A stretch of 39,564 bases of DNA, from the IMG/VR virus record IMGVR_UViG_2684622542_000012, one strand, 5' to 3'. The first letter of the stretch is position 1, and every line of letters begins with the position of its first letter. This stretch comes from a virus (lineage: Duplodnaviria; Heunggongvirae; Uroviricota; Caudoviricetes). This document shows positions 28,158 to 38,604 of this stretch, piece after piece. Both the position numbers and the translations under genes were made by a program. The notes beneath the pieces were generated by a model that had not been told where the DNA came from, did no database searches, and saw only the letters and a program-made list of their open reading frames with translations.

Positions 28158-29253
28158 ACGGCTGCGTGATGAATCAATTGCTCATGCAGTCTGGATATCC
28201 CGCTATAGCACTGGCGTGGCTGCCAGAATGGTGAAAATACTGAATGACAGCGATGCGGAACTTACTGCTCGCCTGCTGATAGCACTGGACAGCCTCGATC
28301 CAGGTAGTTTTACCGTTAAGCGCCTGGAGTCACTTCTGGCGAGCGTCAGAGAGGTTAACCGCACTGCTATTAACAGCATGTTTACCAGTCTCTCCGGAGA
28401 GCTGAACGAGCTGGCAATTTATGAGGCTGGTTATCAGTTAAGTCTGTTTGATTCTATGCTACCTGATTTTGTTGCTGATGTTCACCCTCTGGTTGGTATC
28501 TCTCCTGATGCACTTTATGCCGCTGCAATGGCGCGACCATTCCAGGGACGACTGCTCAGTGAGTGGGCCTCAGATCTTGAGGCGGATCGGCTCAGACGCA
28601 TAACAAATACAGTGCGTCAGGGTTTTTTGCTGGGGGATACCAATGAGCAGATCGCAAGAAAAATTCGGGGACATGTCAGTAAGGGATTTCAGGATGGTGC
28701 ATTGCAGATGAGCCGGGCTAATGCGGCCAGCATTGCAAAAACAGCGGTTGGACATCTTGCTGCTACTGCCCGTGAGAGTTTTGCCAGCGCGAATAATGAT
28801 TTGATTAAGGGTAAGCAATGGTTATCAACGCTTGATAATCGTACTACGCCACAATGTCGAATCAGGGATCGCCTCAAATATACGCTGAATAATAAACCTG
28901 TAGGTCACAGCGTGCCTTATTTGCAGGGGCCGGGAAAAATTCATTTCTGCTGCCGCTCAACGGAAACGTTCATTCTGAAATCAGCGAAGGAACTGGGTAT
29001 TGATGTTCGCGATATTTCCCCGGCTGAGCGGGCCAGCATGGATGGCGTGGTGGCCGGAGATACAACCTACAGGGAATGGTTTTTGCGTCAGCCTTACACC
29101 AGACAAAAACAGATTGTGGGGGAAAGCCGAGCAAAGCTGATTCGGGATGGTGGTATGTCGCCAGATGAATTTTACACCGATAAAGGCGAATGGCTGACGC
29201 TGAAGCAGCTCCGTGAGCGTGATGCACAGGTATTCAGAAAAGCAGGGATTTAA
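28138..29253 (+). CDS. Head morphogenesis protein (Mu F / SPP1 gp7-like minor capsid protein)
   Basis: 371-aa ORF following the portal, with conserved-looking region WLSTLDNRTTPQCR...HFCCRS typical of the F-like family. Confidence 0.7.
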   Translation: MMQTVNERLRDESIAHAVWISRYSTGVAARMVKILNDSDAELTARLLIALDSLDPGSFTVKRLESLLASVREVNRTAINSMFTSLSGELNELAIYEAGYQLSLFDSMLPDFVADVHPLVGISPDALYAAAMARPFQGRLLSEWASDLEADRLRRITNTVRQGFLLGDTNEQIARKIRGHVSKGFQDGALQMSRANAASIAKTAVGHLAATARESFASANNDLIKGKQWLSTLDNRTTPQCRIRDRLKYTLNNKPVGHSVPYLQGPGKIHFCCRSTETFILKSAKELGIDVRDISPAERASMDGVVAGDTTYREWFLRQPYTRQKQIVGESRAKLIRDGGMSPDEFYTDKGEWLTLKQLRERDAQVFRKAGI

Positions 29254-29273
29254 ATAAATCATTTATTACAACA

Positions 29274-29297
29274 GGCTACCTTCGGGTGGCCTTTTTT
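29274..29297 (+). terminator. Intrinsic terminator-like hairpin between head morphogenesis and scaffold genes
   Basis: GGCTACCttcgGGTGGCCtttttt: 7-bp stem with TTCG tetraloop and T6 run. Confidence 0.6.
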
Positions 29298-29357
29298 ATT
29301 GCTGCGATCCGGATGGTGAGCAGCGTAACTGTCGGAAGACTTAAACCAGGTACTAAT

Positions 29358-30122
29358 ATGAAACTGAAAACGGTCGAGATTAACGGAAAACAATACGCAG
29401 AAATTGATACTGCTGGCCTGCCAGTTTATGTGCACGACGATGGTAAAGAAATTGGCTTCGATGCACCGCTGGCGACAAAAAAAATTACAGAGCTTAATGG
29501 CGAGGCAAAAAATCATCGCCTGGCTAAAGAAGCTGCAGAGGAAAAACTGGCTAAGTTTGCCGCTATCGAAGACCCGAAGAAGGCGATCGAGGCACTGGAA
29601 ATGCTGTCAAAAATCGACCAGAAAAAGCTGCTCGATGCGGGACAGGTTGACCAGGTTAAGGCAGAAATTACGAAAAATTTTCAGCAGCAATTAGATGAAG
29701 AAAAGCAACGCTCTCAGATGCTGGAGAAGCAGCTTTACGATTCTATGATTGGCGGTAGTTTTGCGGGTTCAAAATATATTGCCGATAAAATTGCGATTCC
29801 GGCAGATTTATTACAAGCCCGCTTCGGGCAGGCATTCAAAGTGGAAGAAGGGAGGATCGTTGCTTATGACGCTTCCGGCAACAAAATTTATTCCCGCGCG
29901 AAGCCTGGCGAACTGGCGCAGTTTGATGAGGCGCTGGAGTTCCTTGTCGAAAATTACCCTCAGAAAGACTACATCCTGAAAGCCAGTGGCAACAATGGCG
30001 GCGGCTCCCGTCCGACACAGCATGATATTGGTCAGAAAACGATGAAACGCTCTGCTTTTGATGCACTGGATGTTGCAGGTAAGCAAAACGCATTGAAAGA
30101 CGGTATCACAATCGTTGATTAA
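29358..30122 (+). CDS. Putative scaffolding protein
   Basis: Coiled-coil-rich, charged ORF (AKEAAEEKLAKFAAIEDPKKAIEALEMLSKIDQKKLLDAG...) immediately upstream of the major capsid gene. Confidence 0.6.
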   Translation: MKLKTVEINGKQYAEIDTAGLPVYVHDDGKEIGFDAPLATKKITELNGEAKNHRLAKEAAEEKLAKFAAIEDPKKAIEALEMLSKIDQKKLLDAGQVDQVKAEITKNFQQQLDEEKQRSQMLEKQLYDSMIGGSFAGSKYIADKIAIPADLLQARFGQAFKVEEGRIVAYDASGNKIYSRAKPGELAQFDEALEFLVENYPQKDYILKASGNNGGGSRPTQHDIGQKTMKRSAFDALDVAGKQNALKDGITIVD

Positions 30123-30220
30123 CACATTTGTCAGCTTCCGGATGGGAGCTGGTGTCAGGGCTGGATAGCTCATTACTCCATCTATTCACAATTACGCAAA
30201 TTTTTAAGGAATATTTAATT

Positions 30221-31360
30221 ATGGCTGGAAATACCCTGACCGGGTTGATCCCGACTATTTATACCGCCCTGGATGTTGTATCCCGTGAGCAGGTAGGTTT
30301 TATCCCTGCGGTAGCAAAAAACGCAAAAGCTGACGCCGCAGCAAAAGATCAGACGGTAACCGCGCCAGTTGCGCCTGAGGCGAAAACCGAAGATATCGTA
30401 CCGGGGCCGTCAGCTCCGAATACCGGTGATCAAAATATTGGCACTGTTGATGTAAAAATTACTAAATCCAAAATGGCACCGGTTAAATGGAATGGTGAAG
30501 AACAACTGGCTCTTGGCCCTTCAGGGACTTACAACACCATTCTGGCTGATCAGTTCAAGCAGGCTTTTCGCGCCCTTGCAAACGAGGTTGAGGCTGATCT
30601 TGGTGCGTTGTATTTCGGTGCTTCCCGCGCCGTGGGAACCGCAGGGACAACGCCGTTTGGTGTTAAAGATGATCTTTCTGATGCTGCTCTGGCTCGTCAG
30701 GTTCTGGAGGATAACGGCGCACCGACAACCGATCTGCAGATGGTGCTTGGCTCCACTGCCATTGCTAATTTGCGCGGAAAACAGTCTGTATTGTTTAAAG
30801 TGAATGAATCCGGCACTGAACAGCTACTGCGTGAGGGCGTGTTGGGGCGTCTGGAGGGATTCAATATTCACAGTTCGGCAGGTGTGAAACGAGCGCCAAA
30901 GGTTGCTGCAACTGGTTATCTCGTGAATGGAGAGAAAAAAGAAGGCGATGTTCTTATTTCCATTGATACTGGTTCGGGGAGTATTTCTGCAGGTCAGATT
31001 GTTACGTTCGCTGGTGATCCGAATCAGTATGTTGTGGCAGCAGCGACCAGCAATCTGATTACTCTTGCAGCGCCCGGACTGCGTCAGGATCTGGCCGATG
31101 ATACTGCCATCACAGTTGTTGGGGCCTTTACTGCAAATATGGCGTTTGATCGCAACGCGTTTCTGCTGGCATCCCGTACTCCGGCAATGCCGGAAGGTGG
31201 CGATAATGCTGATGATGTAATGAATGTTACGGACCCGATTTCAGGGATTACGTTCCAGATTGCACTGTATCGTCAGTATCGCCAGGTGCGCTATGAAGTT
31301 GGACTGGCATGGGGTGTTTCATCAGTGAAGCCGGCACATGGTTGTCTGATTCTTGGTTAA
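30221..31360 (+). CDS. Major capsid protein
   Basis: About 380-aa ORF with RBS ttAAGGAatatttaattATG, following the scaffold gene and followed by a strong terminator. Size and position typical of a coat protein. Confidence 0.75.
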   Translation: MAGNTLTGLIPTIYTALDVVSREQVGFIPAVAKNAKADAAAKDQTVTAPVAPEAKTEDIVPGPSAPNTGDQNIGTVDVKITKSKMAPVKWNGEEQLALGPSGTYNTILADQFKQAFRALANEVEADLGALYFGASRAVGTAGTTPFGVKDDLSDAALARQVLEDNGAPTTDLQMVLGSTAIANLRGKQSVLFKVNESGTEQLLREGVLGRLEGFNIHSSAGVKRAPKVAATGYLVNGEKKEGDVLISIDTGSGSISAGQIVTFAGDPNQYVVAAATSNLITLAAPGLRQDLADDTAITVVGAFTANMAFDRNAFLLASRTPAMPEGGDNADDVMNVTDPISGITFQIALYRQYRQVRYEVGLAWGVSSVKPAHGCLILG

Positions 31361-31370
31361 ACATTCAAAC

Positions 31371-31390
31371 GGGGCTTCGGCCCCATTTTT
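31371..31390 (+). terminator. Intrinsic terminator after the major capsid gene
   Basis: GGGGCttcgGCCCCattttt, 10 bp after the capsid stop. Confidence 0.6.
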
Positions 31391-31402
31391 AATGGGGGGC
31401 AT

Positions 31403-31579
31403 ATGGCCGGATTAACTAAAGAGCAAAGAGCACAGCGTGAAGCCGCACAAAAAACGCAAATTGAGTTAGTGGTTATGGTGACCGATTATCAGATGTTTCC
31501 CGGCGCACCAACTATCGCTAATGTTCATCCTGATGAAGTTGACAACTGGAAGGCTATGGGCTGGAAAACTCAGGAGTAA
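31403..31579 (+). CDS. Small hypothetical protein (58 aa), not in the ORF track
   Basis: ATG at 31403 after gggggc. Translates MAGLTKEQRAQREAAQKTQIELVVMVTDYQMFPGAPTIANVHPDEVDNWKAMGWKTQE. Ends 4 nt before the next gene's ATG. Confidence 0.3.
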   Translation: MAGLTKEQRAQREAAQKTQIELVVMVTDYQMFPGAPTIANVHPDEVDNWKAMGWKTQE

Positions 31580-31582
31580 CAC

Positions 31583-31978
31583 ATGATCACTTACGTGACC
31601 TGTGATGACGTTGATAATGCGTTTGGGAACGCCTGGACGAGTGAGAACGCTAAAAATAAAGCTGTTTTAATGGCTAATGCCTGGCTTAATGGCTTCAACC
31701 TGAAAATTAACCCATCCCGTATTCCGGAAGAGGTAAAACTTGCGGGAGCATATGCAGCCAGAATTGCCTCATTCGGTAAGTTGTTTCAGCAGAAAAATGA
31801 TTCTGGCGTTGTTATCAGTAAAGCCGTGTCGGCTGACGGGGTCAGTGTATCGAAATCATTTTCTGAGTTGCCAGCAAACAGCACTGCATTGCTTGAACCC
31901 GATTTACAGCTTGCGATAGCACTGCTGAAACCGTACGGACTTAGTCGCTCACAAGTCAGGGTTGTGAGGGGGGGATAA
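31583..31978 (+). CDS. Putative head-tail connector / head completion protein
   Basis: 131-aa ORF with AGGAG RBS, first of four small overlapping ORFs between capsid and major tail genes. Positional inference. Confidence 0.45.
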   Translation: MITYVTCDDVDNAFGNAWTSENAKNKAVLMANAWLNGFNLKINPSRIPEEVKLAGAYAARIASFGKLFQQKNDSGVVISKAVSADGVSVSKSFSELPANSTALLEPDLQLAIALLKPYGLSRSQVRVVRGG

Positions 31979-32361
31979 TGGGGCTTCGTGAAGAGATTCA
32001 GTCAGAGGTTGCCGCTGCTTTTGATGAGGATTTAGCGGACGCCGTGAGTGATTTTTCTGGTTCTTACGTTACGCACCGGCACTGGGATCCTGTGACGGAA
32101 ACTGGCGGCGAATCAACCGCAATCTATACCGGGCGAGGCGTGTTGACACGTTATAAGCTGGGCAGAATTGATGGGATTAATATTTTGCATGGTGACCTTA
32201 AATTAACCGCTCTGGTATGCGAGGTTACGGATAAACCAGCTGTCGACCATATTATTGAGATTTATGATCCTGTATCAAGGCAGTTACAACGATACGAGGT
32301 AATTACAGCAAGTGTAGATCCTTCCGCATCAGTTTACTCTATCCAGTTAAGGAGAGCGTAA
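31978..32361 (+). CDS. Putative head-tail joining protein
   Basis: 127-aa ORF, start overlapping the previous stop. Positional inference. Confidence 0.4.
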   Translation: MGLREEIQSEVAAAFDEDLADAVSDFSGSYVTHRHWDPVTETGGESTAIYTGRGVLTRYKLGRIDGINILHGDLKLTALVCEVTDKPAVDHIIEIYDPVSRQLQRYEVITASVDPSASVYSIQLRRA

Positions 32362-32742
32362 ATGGCAAAGGCATGGGATATAGAACCGTCAATATTTGCC
32401 GGGATGATTGAGGAAGATGTAGGGCTGAAGATTCGCTACATCGCTATGCAGATTCTTACTGCTATTGATATTGCTGCTCCGGTTGATACCGGACGTTTCA
32501 GAAATAACAACCTGGTGTCGTTACAGCATCCCGATTTTGGTATATCTGATAACGTGGATCCGAACGGTACGATTGCTGTTCAGCGTGGGATCGGGGTTAT
32601 TTCGAAAGCTGCAAATTACGGGGTTATTTATATCCAGAATAACCTTCCTTATGCAGAGGCTCTTGAAAACGGTCATTCACAACAAGCGCCAACTGGCGTG
32701 TATGCCAACGCTTTTCATGGTGTTTTACAGGCTTACAAATGA
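32362..32742 (+). CDS. Putative tail completion protein (gpZ-like position)
   Basis: 126-aa ORF in the head-tail joining block. Positional inference. Confidence 0.45.
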   Translation: MAKAWDIEPSIFAGMIEEDVGLKIRYIAMQILTAIDIAAPVDTGRFRNNNLVSLQHPDFGISDNVDPNGTIAVQRGIGVISKAANYGVIYIQNNLPYAEALENGHSQQAPTGVYANAFHGVLQAYK

Positions 32743-33131
32743 AGTTTACTGAAATCAGAAATACGGTTATTTCCAGAATGACGGCACAGACGATTATTGA
32801 TGGAAAAGACGTATTGTATCCGAACGGGCCAACGTTCGATCCTTCCGGTAAGTTAATCTGGGCGCGGTTAAGTAATATTCCCGGGCAGGCTGGAGTTAAT
32901 GAAATTGGCGCGGGGCCGGTTGTTTATCGCACGGGGATAATCATTATTCAGTTATTTGTCCCCGCAGGTTCTGGTTCAAAACTCATTACTGAGACAGCCG
33001 ATAAATTGCGGGAACTGTTTGAGTTTCAGGATGACGATCGTCTCAGTTACCAGGCTGTTTCCTCAATAGCCGTTGGCGAAAAGAATGGCTGGTTCCAGCT
33101 TAATCTTCAAATTCCATATCGCGCGCTCTAG
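32739..33131 (+). CDS. Putative tail terminator protein (lambda gpU-like)
   Basis: 130-aa ORF MKFTEIRNTVISRM... immediately upstream of the major tail gene. Weak resemblance to the gpU N-terminus. Confidence 0.5.
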   Translation: MKFTEIRNTVISRMTAQTIIDGKDVLYPNGPTFDPSGKLIWARLSNIPGQAGVNEIGAGPVVYRTGIIIIQLFVPAGSGSKLITETADKLRELFEFQDDDRLSYQAVSSIAVGEKNGWFQLNLQIPYRAL

Positions 33132-33157
33132 CGCAATTAATGACATAGGAGGCTCCT

Positions 33158-34056
33158 GTGAGTTCAGGTGCAAAGGTTATCTCGGCATTTATCCGGGAGA
33201 CGGTTGCAGGCACTACGCCAGCAAGTGGTGACTGGAGTTTATTAAAACGCACAAGCTGGGGAGTAAAANNNNNNNNNNNNNNNNNNNNNNNNNNNNNNNN
33301 NNNNNNNNNNNNNNNNNNNNNNNNNNNNNNNNNNNNNNNNNNNNNNNNNNNNNNNNNNNNNNNNNNNNNNNNNNNNNNNNNNNNNNNNNNNNNNNNNNNN
33401 NNNNNNNNNNNNNNNNNNNNNNNNNNNNNNNNNNNNNNNNNNNNNNNNNNNNNNNNNNNNNNNGCTCATGGAAAATGCAGATCCCTAACGACGGCGATAT
33501 TACAGCGACCGTAACCTTTGCCGGACTGGACTGGGAATCAAAGGCCGATGATACGAATTTTATCAAAGGCGAACCTGTGGATAGTGCAGGAAAGCTACGT
33601 TATTCGTTTAAGGAGGTTTCAGCAGTAAGCCTGAATGGTGTTGCCGGAGGTAACGGTTTTTGTATCGACAGTTTTGATATTCAGTTCGATAACAAACTCC
33701 AGACACAGCGTTGTATCGGGACTGGCTCGCCTTATGCAGGAGCAAATATTCCGACTACTTTTACACCGTCCGGTACGGTGACGCTTTCATGGTCTAAAGC
33801 CGCGTGGGAAATCTGGAGTAAAACACTGACTGGAGAAACAGTTCCGTTCAGCTTCACGCTTTCGAATGGAGAGGGGGCATACACTTTCAGTTTCCCGAAG
33901 GTTCAGGTGTCAGGTGAATGGCCTGATGGGGGTAATAGCGACATTATCCAGGTTCAATTGAGCATTACCGCAGCAGATGAAGCACCTACGATAACCAGAA
34001 AAAAAAATTCCCCGGCTGCCGTGATCGCAAAAGCCAGTGCTGAGGCGATTAGTTGA
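33158..34056 (+). CDS. Putative major tail (tube) protein; interrupted by N-run 33269-33463
   Basis: N-terminal fragment MSSGAKVISAFIRETVAGTTPASGDWSLLKRTSWGVK..., then a Thr/Ser/Gly-rich beta-type sequence after the gap to stop at 34056. Frames differ across the gap. Confidence 0.55.
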
Positions 34057-34104
34057 TTTTCCGTTATTCCTCCTGTGGTACTGCCCTACAGGGGGACGCA
34101 TTGA

Positions 34105-34524
34105 ATGAGGTTATGGATGTTTATTCTTAATCAGAAAATTATCATTGGTGGAGAACGCTGGTTTACGCCAATGAAGGACTTAAAACCTGTAGACGGGTTA
34201 AAACTGTTGGTGGCAAGCAGCGATAACGATCAGTATCGCTCCCGTAATGCATTAATCCGTCGCCACATTGAGAAAATGGATGCCAGTTTGCACGTCGGAA
34301 CGAAGGAGTTTGATATTTCAAAGGTTTCCGAGGTGGATTCTGTTGATGATTTACTCATTGATAATGCCGCTCGTTATCTGCTGAAAGACTGGAAAGGGGT
34401 TGGTGAACTGGTTAATGGTGTTGAGGTTGCACTGGAATATACGGCAGAACGAGGGATCGCGCTGCTTAAGCAGAATCCAGAGTTGTACTGGCAGATCCTT
34501 GCAGAAGCAGCCAGCATCGCCTAG
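34105..34524 (+). CDS. Putative tail assembly chaperone (gpG-like position)
   Basis: 139-aa acidic ORF between the major tail and tape measure genes. Confidence 0.5.
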   Translation: MRLWMFILNQKIIIGGERWFTPMKDLKPVDGLKLLVASSDNDQYRSRNALIRRHIEKMDASLHVGTKEFDISKVSEVDSVDDLLIDNAARYLLKDWKGVGELVNGVEVALEYTAERGIALLKQNPELYWQILAEAASIA

Positions 34525-34640
34525 GGTAAAGAGCAGCAGAAGCAGGATACGATAAAAAAGCCATAGCTGCCCAGCGGTGGTTATCGGAGTTCGGGGGAGA
34601 AAGGGGGGAAAAGGCAAGATGGAAGCGAGAAAAACTCAGG

Positions 34641-34874
34641 TTGCCACCGATACCGGAACCAGAAATAGACCCGGTGCTTAAGGAGTTGTTGTACGCCTAT
34701 TCGGTAATATCCCGTGCCCGACGTTATGCTGGAATGGCTGGGGTGCCTTTGCCTTTATCTCTGACAGAGATAAATGAATATTTAGCCACTCATCCGGTAT
34801 TGATTGAGCGCGATGAATTTGAAGCAGTGATCTTTGCACTGGATGACCAGTATTTTCAGGAGCAGTGTGTGTAG
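34641..34874 (+). CDS. Small ORF in gpT-like position (TTG start in ORF track)
   Basis: 77-aa ORF between the chaperone and tape measure. Not reachable by a simple -1 shift from the chaperone frame. Confidence 0.3.
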   Translation: MPPIPEPEIDPVLKELLYAYSVISRARRYAGMAGVPLPLSLTEINEYLATHPVLIERDEFEAVIFALDDQYFQEQCV

Positions 34875-34995
34875 TTGTTAATTACGTACACTCTGTTACA
34901 GAGATGTGATGGTGTCTTTAATTAAATCGATGATGCTCCTGGAGAAAAGCATTGCGTGGCCTCGTAATCGCTATATCTACTATTATGTCGCCTGA

Positions 34996-35019
34996 AACCC
35001 ACTTCGCGGTGGGTTTTTT
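34996..35019 (+). terminator. Terminator-like hairpin just upstream of the tape measure gene
   Basis: aaACCCACttcgcgGTGGGTtttttg: 6-bp stem, T6 run, 20 bp before the tape measure ATG at 35040. Confidence 0.45.
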
Positions 35020-35039
35020 GTTGTCAGGAGTTTTAATAA

Positions 35040-38000
35040 ATGGCAGAGCAAACCTCGCGTCTCGCAATAATTATTGATAGCACTGGAGCGAAAAATAATG
35101 CTGACAATCTGACCTCCTCATTAGTCAAAATGACGCAGGCTGGGGAAACTGCTGCAAATAGCGCAGGGAAAGTGACTAAGGCAACAGAAGATGAGAAGAA
35201 CGCGCTCGCAAAATTAAAAGCAGCTATTGATCCAGTTGGTGCCGCAATTGATACTGTCGGTCGACGCTATTCTGAATTAAAGAAATTTTTCGATAAAGGG
35301 CTTATTGATAAAGAAGAATATGAATTTCTTGTCCGTAAACTTAATGAAACCACAGAGGAATTGAGCGGGGTTGCGCAAGCGCAGAGAGAAGCCGAGAAGG
35401 CCGGAAAACTTGCTGCCGCCCAGCAGGAAGCGCAGGCTCAGGCCTTTCAAAGAATGCTGGACAAGATCGACCCTCTGGCTGCGGCGCTAAGAAATCTTGA
35501 ACAACAGCATGATGAACTTAATGCTGCGTTTGCATCCGGGAAAATAAATGGTTCTCAGTTTGAGAATTATAGCCGAAAAATACAGGAAACACGGCGAGAG
35601 CTTACCGGAGAGGCTCAGGCAGAGCGAGAAGCAGCAAAAGCGCATGATGAACAGGTTGTTGCTTTGCAACGTCTGATTGCTCAACTTGATCCTGTCGGAA
35701 CTGCTTTTAATCGTCTGGTAGAACAACAGAAACAGCTCAATGAAGCAAAAGCTAAGGGGATGCTTTCTCCTGAAATGTATGAGGAGCTTTCTGGAAAACT
35801 TCGTGCTATGCGGAGTGAGCTTGAGGTTACTCAATCACAATTAAGCAAAACCGGAATGTCGGCAAAACAAACGGCTTTTGCTATGCGCATGTTGCCTGTA
35901 CAAATGACGGATATTGTTGTTGGGTTGTCCACTGGTCAGTCGCCATTTATGGTGTTAATGCAGCAGGGCGGCCAGCTAAAAGATATGTTCGGTGGGATTG
36001 GCCCGGCGATCAAAGGTGTAGGTTCTTATGTGCTGGGATTAATTAATCCTTTTACCCTGGCCGCAGCAGCCGTTGGGGTCTTAGGACTGGCTTACTATAA
36101 AGGCTCTCAGGAGCAGGACGAATTTAATAAATCTCTTATTCTTACCGGAAATCAGTTGGGGACAACCAGCGGGCAATTGGGCGATATAGCTCAACGTGCC
36201 GGGAATGCGGCTGATTCGACAACTGGTGCTGCGGCGGCAGTATTAAATCAGCTTGTGCGTTCGGGAAAGGTAGCGAGCAGTTCGCTGGAGCAAGTGACGA
36301 CAGCGATAGTAAAAACGAGCGAAGTAACAGGAATATCAACCGAACAACTGGTTAATGACTTCAATGAAATTGCAAAGGATCCTGTCAGTGCCATATCAAA
36401 ACTTAATGATCAGTACCATTTTCTGACACTTGCGACTTATAACCAGATTAAGGCGCTACAGGATGAAGGGAACCAGCAGGAGGCCGCCCGCATTGCGACA
36501 GAAGAATACTCATCCTCAATGATCCAGCGCACCAACCAGATTAAAGAAAATCTTGGTTATCTTGAGACTGCATGGAAAGCTGTCGCAGACTCCGCAAAAT
36601 GGGCATGGGATTCCATGCTGGATATTGGCCGTGAGGCCTCCCTTGATCAAAAAATCTCAGATGTTCTCCGTCAAATTGATGAAATAGAAAAAAATACCCG
36701 ACCCGGAGTTTTCGGGTTAGGTGGCATTGGAGATGGCGGAGCTCAAAATAAAAGGCTGGCACGATTAAAGCAGCAATTGGGCGTACTTCAAGCAGAAAAA
36801 ATTGCTCAGGACGTACTAAATTCATCAATAAACGATTACAACAAGCGACAACAGGAAGGAATTGAACTCAGACAGAGAGCAGATGCCTTTTCAAAACAAT
36901 ATCAGACCCGGGAGCAGCAGAGAGCTAGTGAACTTGCAAAACTGGAAAAGCTAAAGAATCAGTATTCAAAGGAAGAATATAATAATCTTATCGCTCAAAT
37001 AAATGAGCGTTATAAAGATCCAAAGCAACCAAAGGCGAAAGGTTATTCTGATGATGCAGCCCAACGAATGATTGATCATCTGAATCAACAGAATGCGTTA
37101 CTAAGTTCACAAGCTGAGTTGACCGTTAAATTAAGTTCCTCTGAACAGGAACTGGTTAAGTGGCGTCAGCGGATTGCCGACCTAGAGTCACGACCATCAT
37201 CGAAATTAACCCAGGATCAGAAATCGCTTCTCTTACACCGGGAAGAAATAACCACGTTGATGGAGAAAAATGTTGCGATTGAAAAAAATAACAGGCTAAT
37301 CAAGGAATCCGCCGAAATAACAGCATGGCGTGATTCATTGCAGGCTTCGATTGATAATCGTCAGCAGGGGTATGATATTCAGATTGCTGGTTATGGGGTT
37401 GGCGATAAAAATCAGCAACGCCAGCAGGAATTACTGCGGATTGAACATGGATATAACAATCAGCGTCTGCAACTTGAACGTGACTATGCAGATAAATCCC
37501 GTGGAATGTCAGATCATGTTTTTCAAGAGAAAATGCAGGCTCTGAATGATGCTCTGGAACGGGAAAAAGAAATTGTCAGACAGAAAAACGAGCAGCTCGA
37601 TATTCAGGCAGGAGACTGGGTTAGTGGTGCCTCCCAGGGATTCAATAACTGGCTGGATGACACTAAGGATATCAGTGAGCAGATAAAATCAACCACGACT
37701 CAGATGTTTGATGGGATGACCGATGCGCTGGGTGATTTTGTCACGACAGGCAAGGCAAATTTTCGTTCTTTCGCTACTTCCGTGATTTCGGATCTTAGTC
37801 GAATAGCATTAAAGGCTTCAATTACTGGGATTTTCGACAGCATTAGTAACAGTTCTTCTGGGGGGATTTTAGGAACTATCGGGAGTGCTATTAGTAAATT
37901 TATTCCGAATGCAAAGGGCGGTGTTTATGAGTCTCCGTCATTGAGCACGTATTCGAACGGTATTTATGATTCCCCGCAATTTTTTGCTTTTGCAAAAGGG

Positions 38001-38273
38001 GCTGGTGTTTTTGGTGAGGCTGGACCGGAAGCCATTATGCCATTAACACGAACTTCCGATGGTTCTCTTGGTGTCAGAGCTATTAATAGTAAAAGTGGTA
38101 ATGGAGGCGGAGATATTACCTATGCCCCTGTATACCAAATCACTATTCAAAATGACGGCCAGAATGGAGAGATTGGCCCTCAGGCAATAAAAGCACTTAT
38201 GGGGATGGTTGATCAGCGGGTGCAGGGCAATCTGTTAAATATGCGACGTGATGGGGGAATGTTAAGTGGCTAA
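35040..38273 (+). CDS. Tail tape measure protein, 1077 aa
   Basis: Long coiled-coil-rich ORF with central hydrophobic segment and C-terminal region ([43 protein letters not shown]) typical of lambda H-type tape measure proteins. Confidence 0.9.
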   Translation: MAEQTSRLAIIIDSTGAKNNADNLTSSLVKMTQAGETAANSAGKVTKATEDEKNALAKLKAAIDPVGAAIDTVGRRYSELKKFFDKGLIDKEEYEFLVRKLNETTEELSGVAQAQREAEKAGKLAAAQQEAQAQAFQRMLDKIDPLAAALRNLEQQHDELNAAFASGKINGSQFENYSRKIQETRRELTGEAQAEREAAKAHDEQVVALQRLIAQLDPVGTAFNRLVEQQKQLNEAKAKGMLSPEMYEELSGKLRAMRSELEVTQSQLSKTGMSAKQTAFAMRMLPVQMTDIVVGLSTGQSPFMVLMQQGGQLKDMFGGIGPAIKGVGSYVLGLINPFTLAAAAVGVLGLAYYKGSQEQDEFNKSLILTGNQLGTTSGQLGDIAQRAGNAADSTTGAAAAVLNQLVRSGKVASSSLEQVTTAIVKTSEVTGISTEQLVNDFNEIAKDPVSAISKLNDQYHFLTLATYNQIKALQDEGNQQEAARIATEEYSSSMIQRTNQIKENLGYLETAWKAVADSAKWAWDSMLDIGREASLDQKISDVLRQIDEIEKNTRPGVFGLGGIGDGGAQNKRLARLKQQLGVLQAEKIAQDVLNSSINDYNKRQQEGIELRQRADAFSKQYQTREQQRASELAKLEKLKNQYSKEEYNNLIAQINERYKDPKQPKAKGYSDDAAQRMIDHLNQQNALLSSQAELTVKLSSSEQELVKWRQRIADLESRPSSKLTQDQKSLLLHREEITTLMEKNVAIEKNNRLIKESAEITAWRDSLQASIDNRQQGYDIQIAGYGVGDKNQQRQQELLRIEHGYNNQRLQLERDYADKSRGMSDHVFQEKMQALNDALEREKEIVRQKNEQLDIQAGDWVSGASQGFNNWLDDTKDISEQIKSTTTQMFDGMTDALGDFVTTGKANFRSFATSVISDLSRIALKASITGIFDSISNSSSGGILGTIGSAISKFIPNAKGGVYESPSLSTYSNGIYDSPQFFAFAKGAGVFGEAGPEAIMPLTRTSDGSLGVRAINSKSGNGGGDITYAPVYQITIQNDGQNGEIGPQAIKALMGMVDQRVQGNLLNMRRDGGMLSG

Positions 38274-38604
38274 TACGGAAGAATTTCACTGGTTACCAGA
38301 GGATGGAATGAAAACAGAAAATAAACCATCGATAAAAACTGTAAGATTTGGTGATGGTTATGAGCAACGAAGTCCAAATGGACTTAATCATTCTCTGCGC
38401 GTTTTCACCTGTGATTTCAAAGTTGAGGCGAATGAACGTGATTCATTTGAAAAATTTTTAGCCCGGCATGAAGGCTATAAATCTTTTTTTTGGCGCCCGC
38501 CGGGTATTAACAGAAAAATCAGAGTGGTGTGTCGAACGTGGTCAGCGACAGAACATATCACCTATACCGATTTTTCGTGTCAGTTTGACGAAGTGGTGAT
38601 CTGA
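38266..38604 (+). CDS. Minor tail protein M (lambda gpM-like)
   Basis: [16 protein letters not shown]...KSFFWRPP... resembles recalled lambda gpM (VRFGDGYSQRAPAGLN...KSFLWTPP). Overlaps the tape measure stop. Confidence 0.85.
   Translation: MANTEEFHWLPEDGMKTENKPSIKTVRFGDGYEQRSPNGLNHSLRVFTCDFKVEANERDSFEKFLARHEGYKSFFWRPPGINRKIRVVCRTWSATEHITYTDFSCQFDEVVI

Noticed and set aside
34522-34660. Canonical lambda-style G-T -1 programmed frameshift
   Set aside because: The chaperone frame stops at 34522-34524 and the -1 frame has a stop at 34527-34529 before the downstream ORF opens. No slippery heptamer lies upstream of the chaperone stop.
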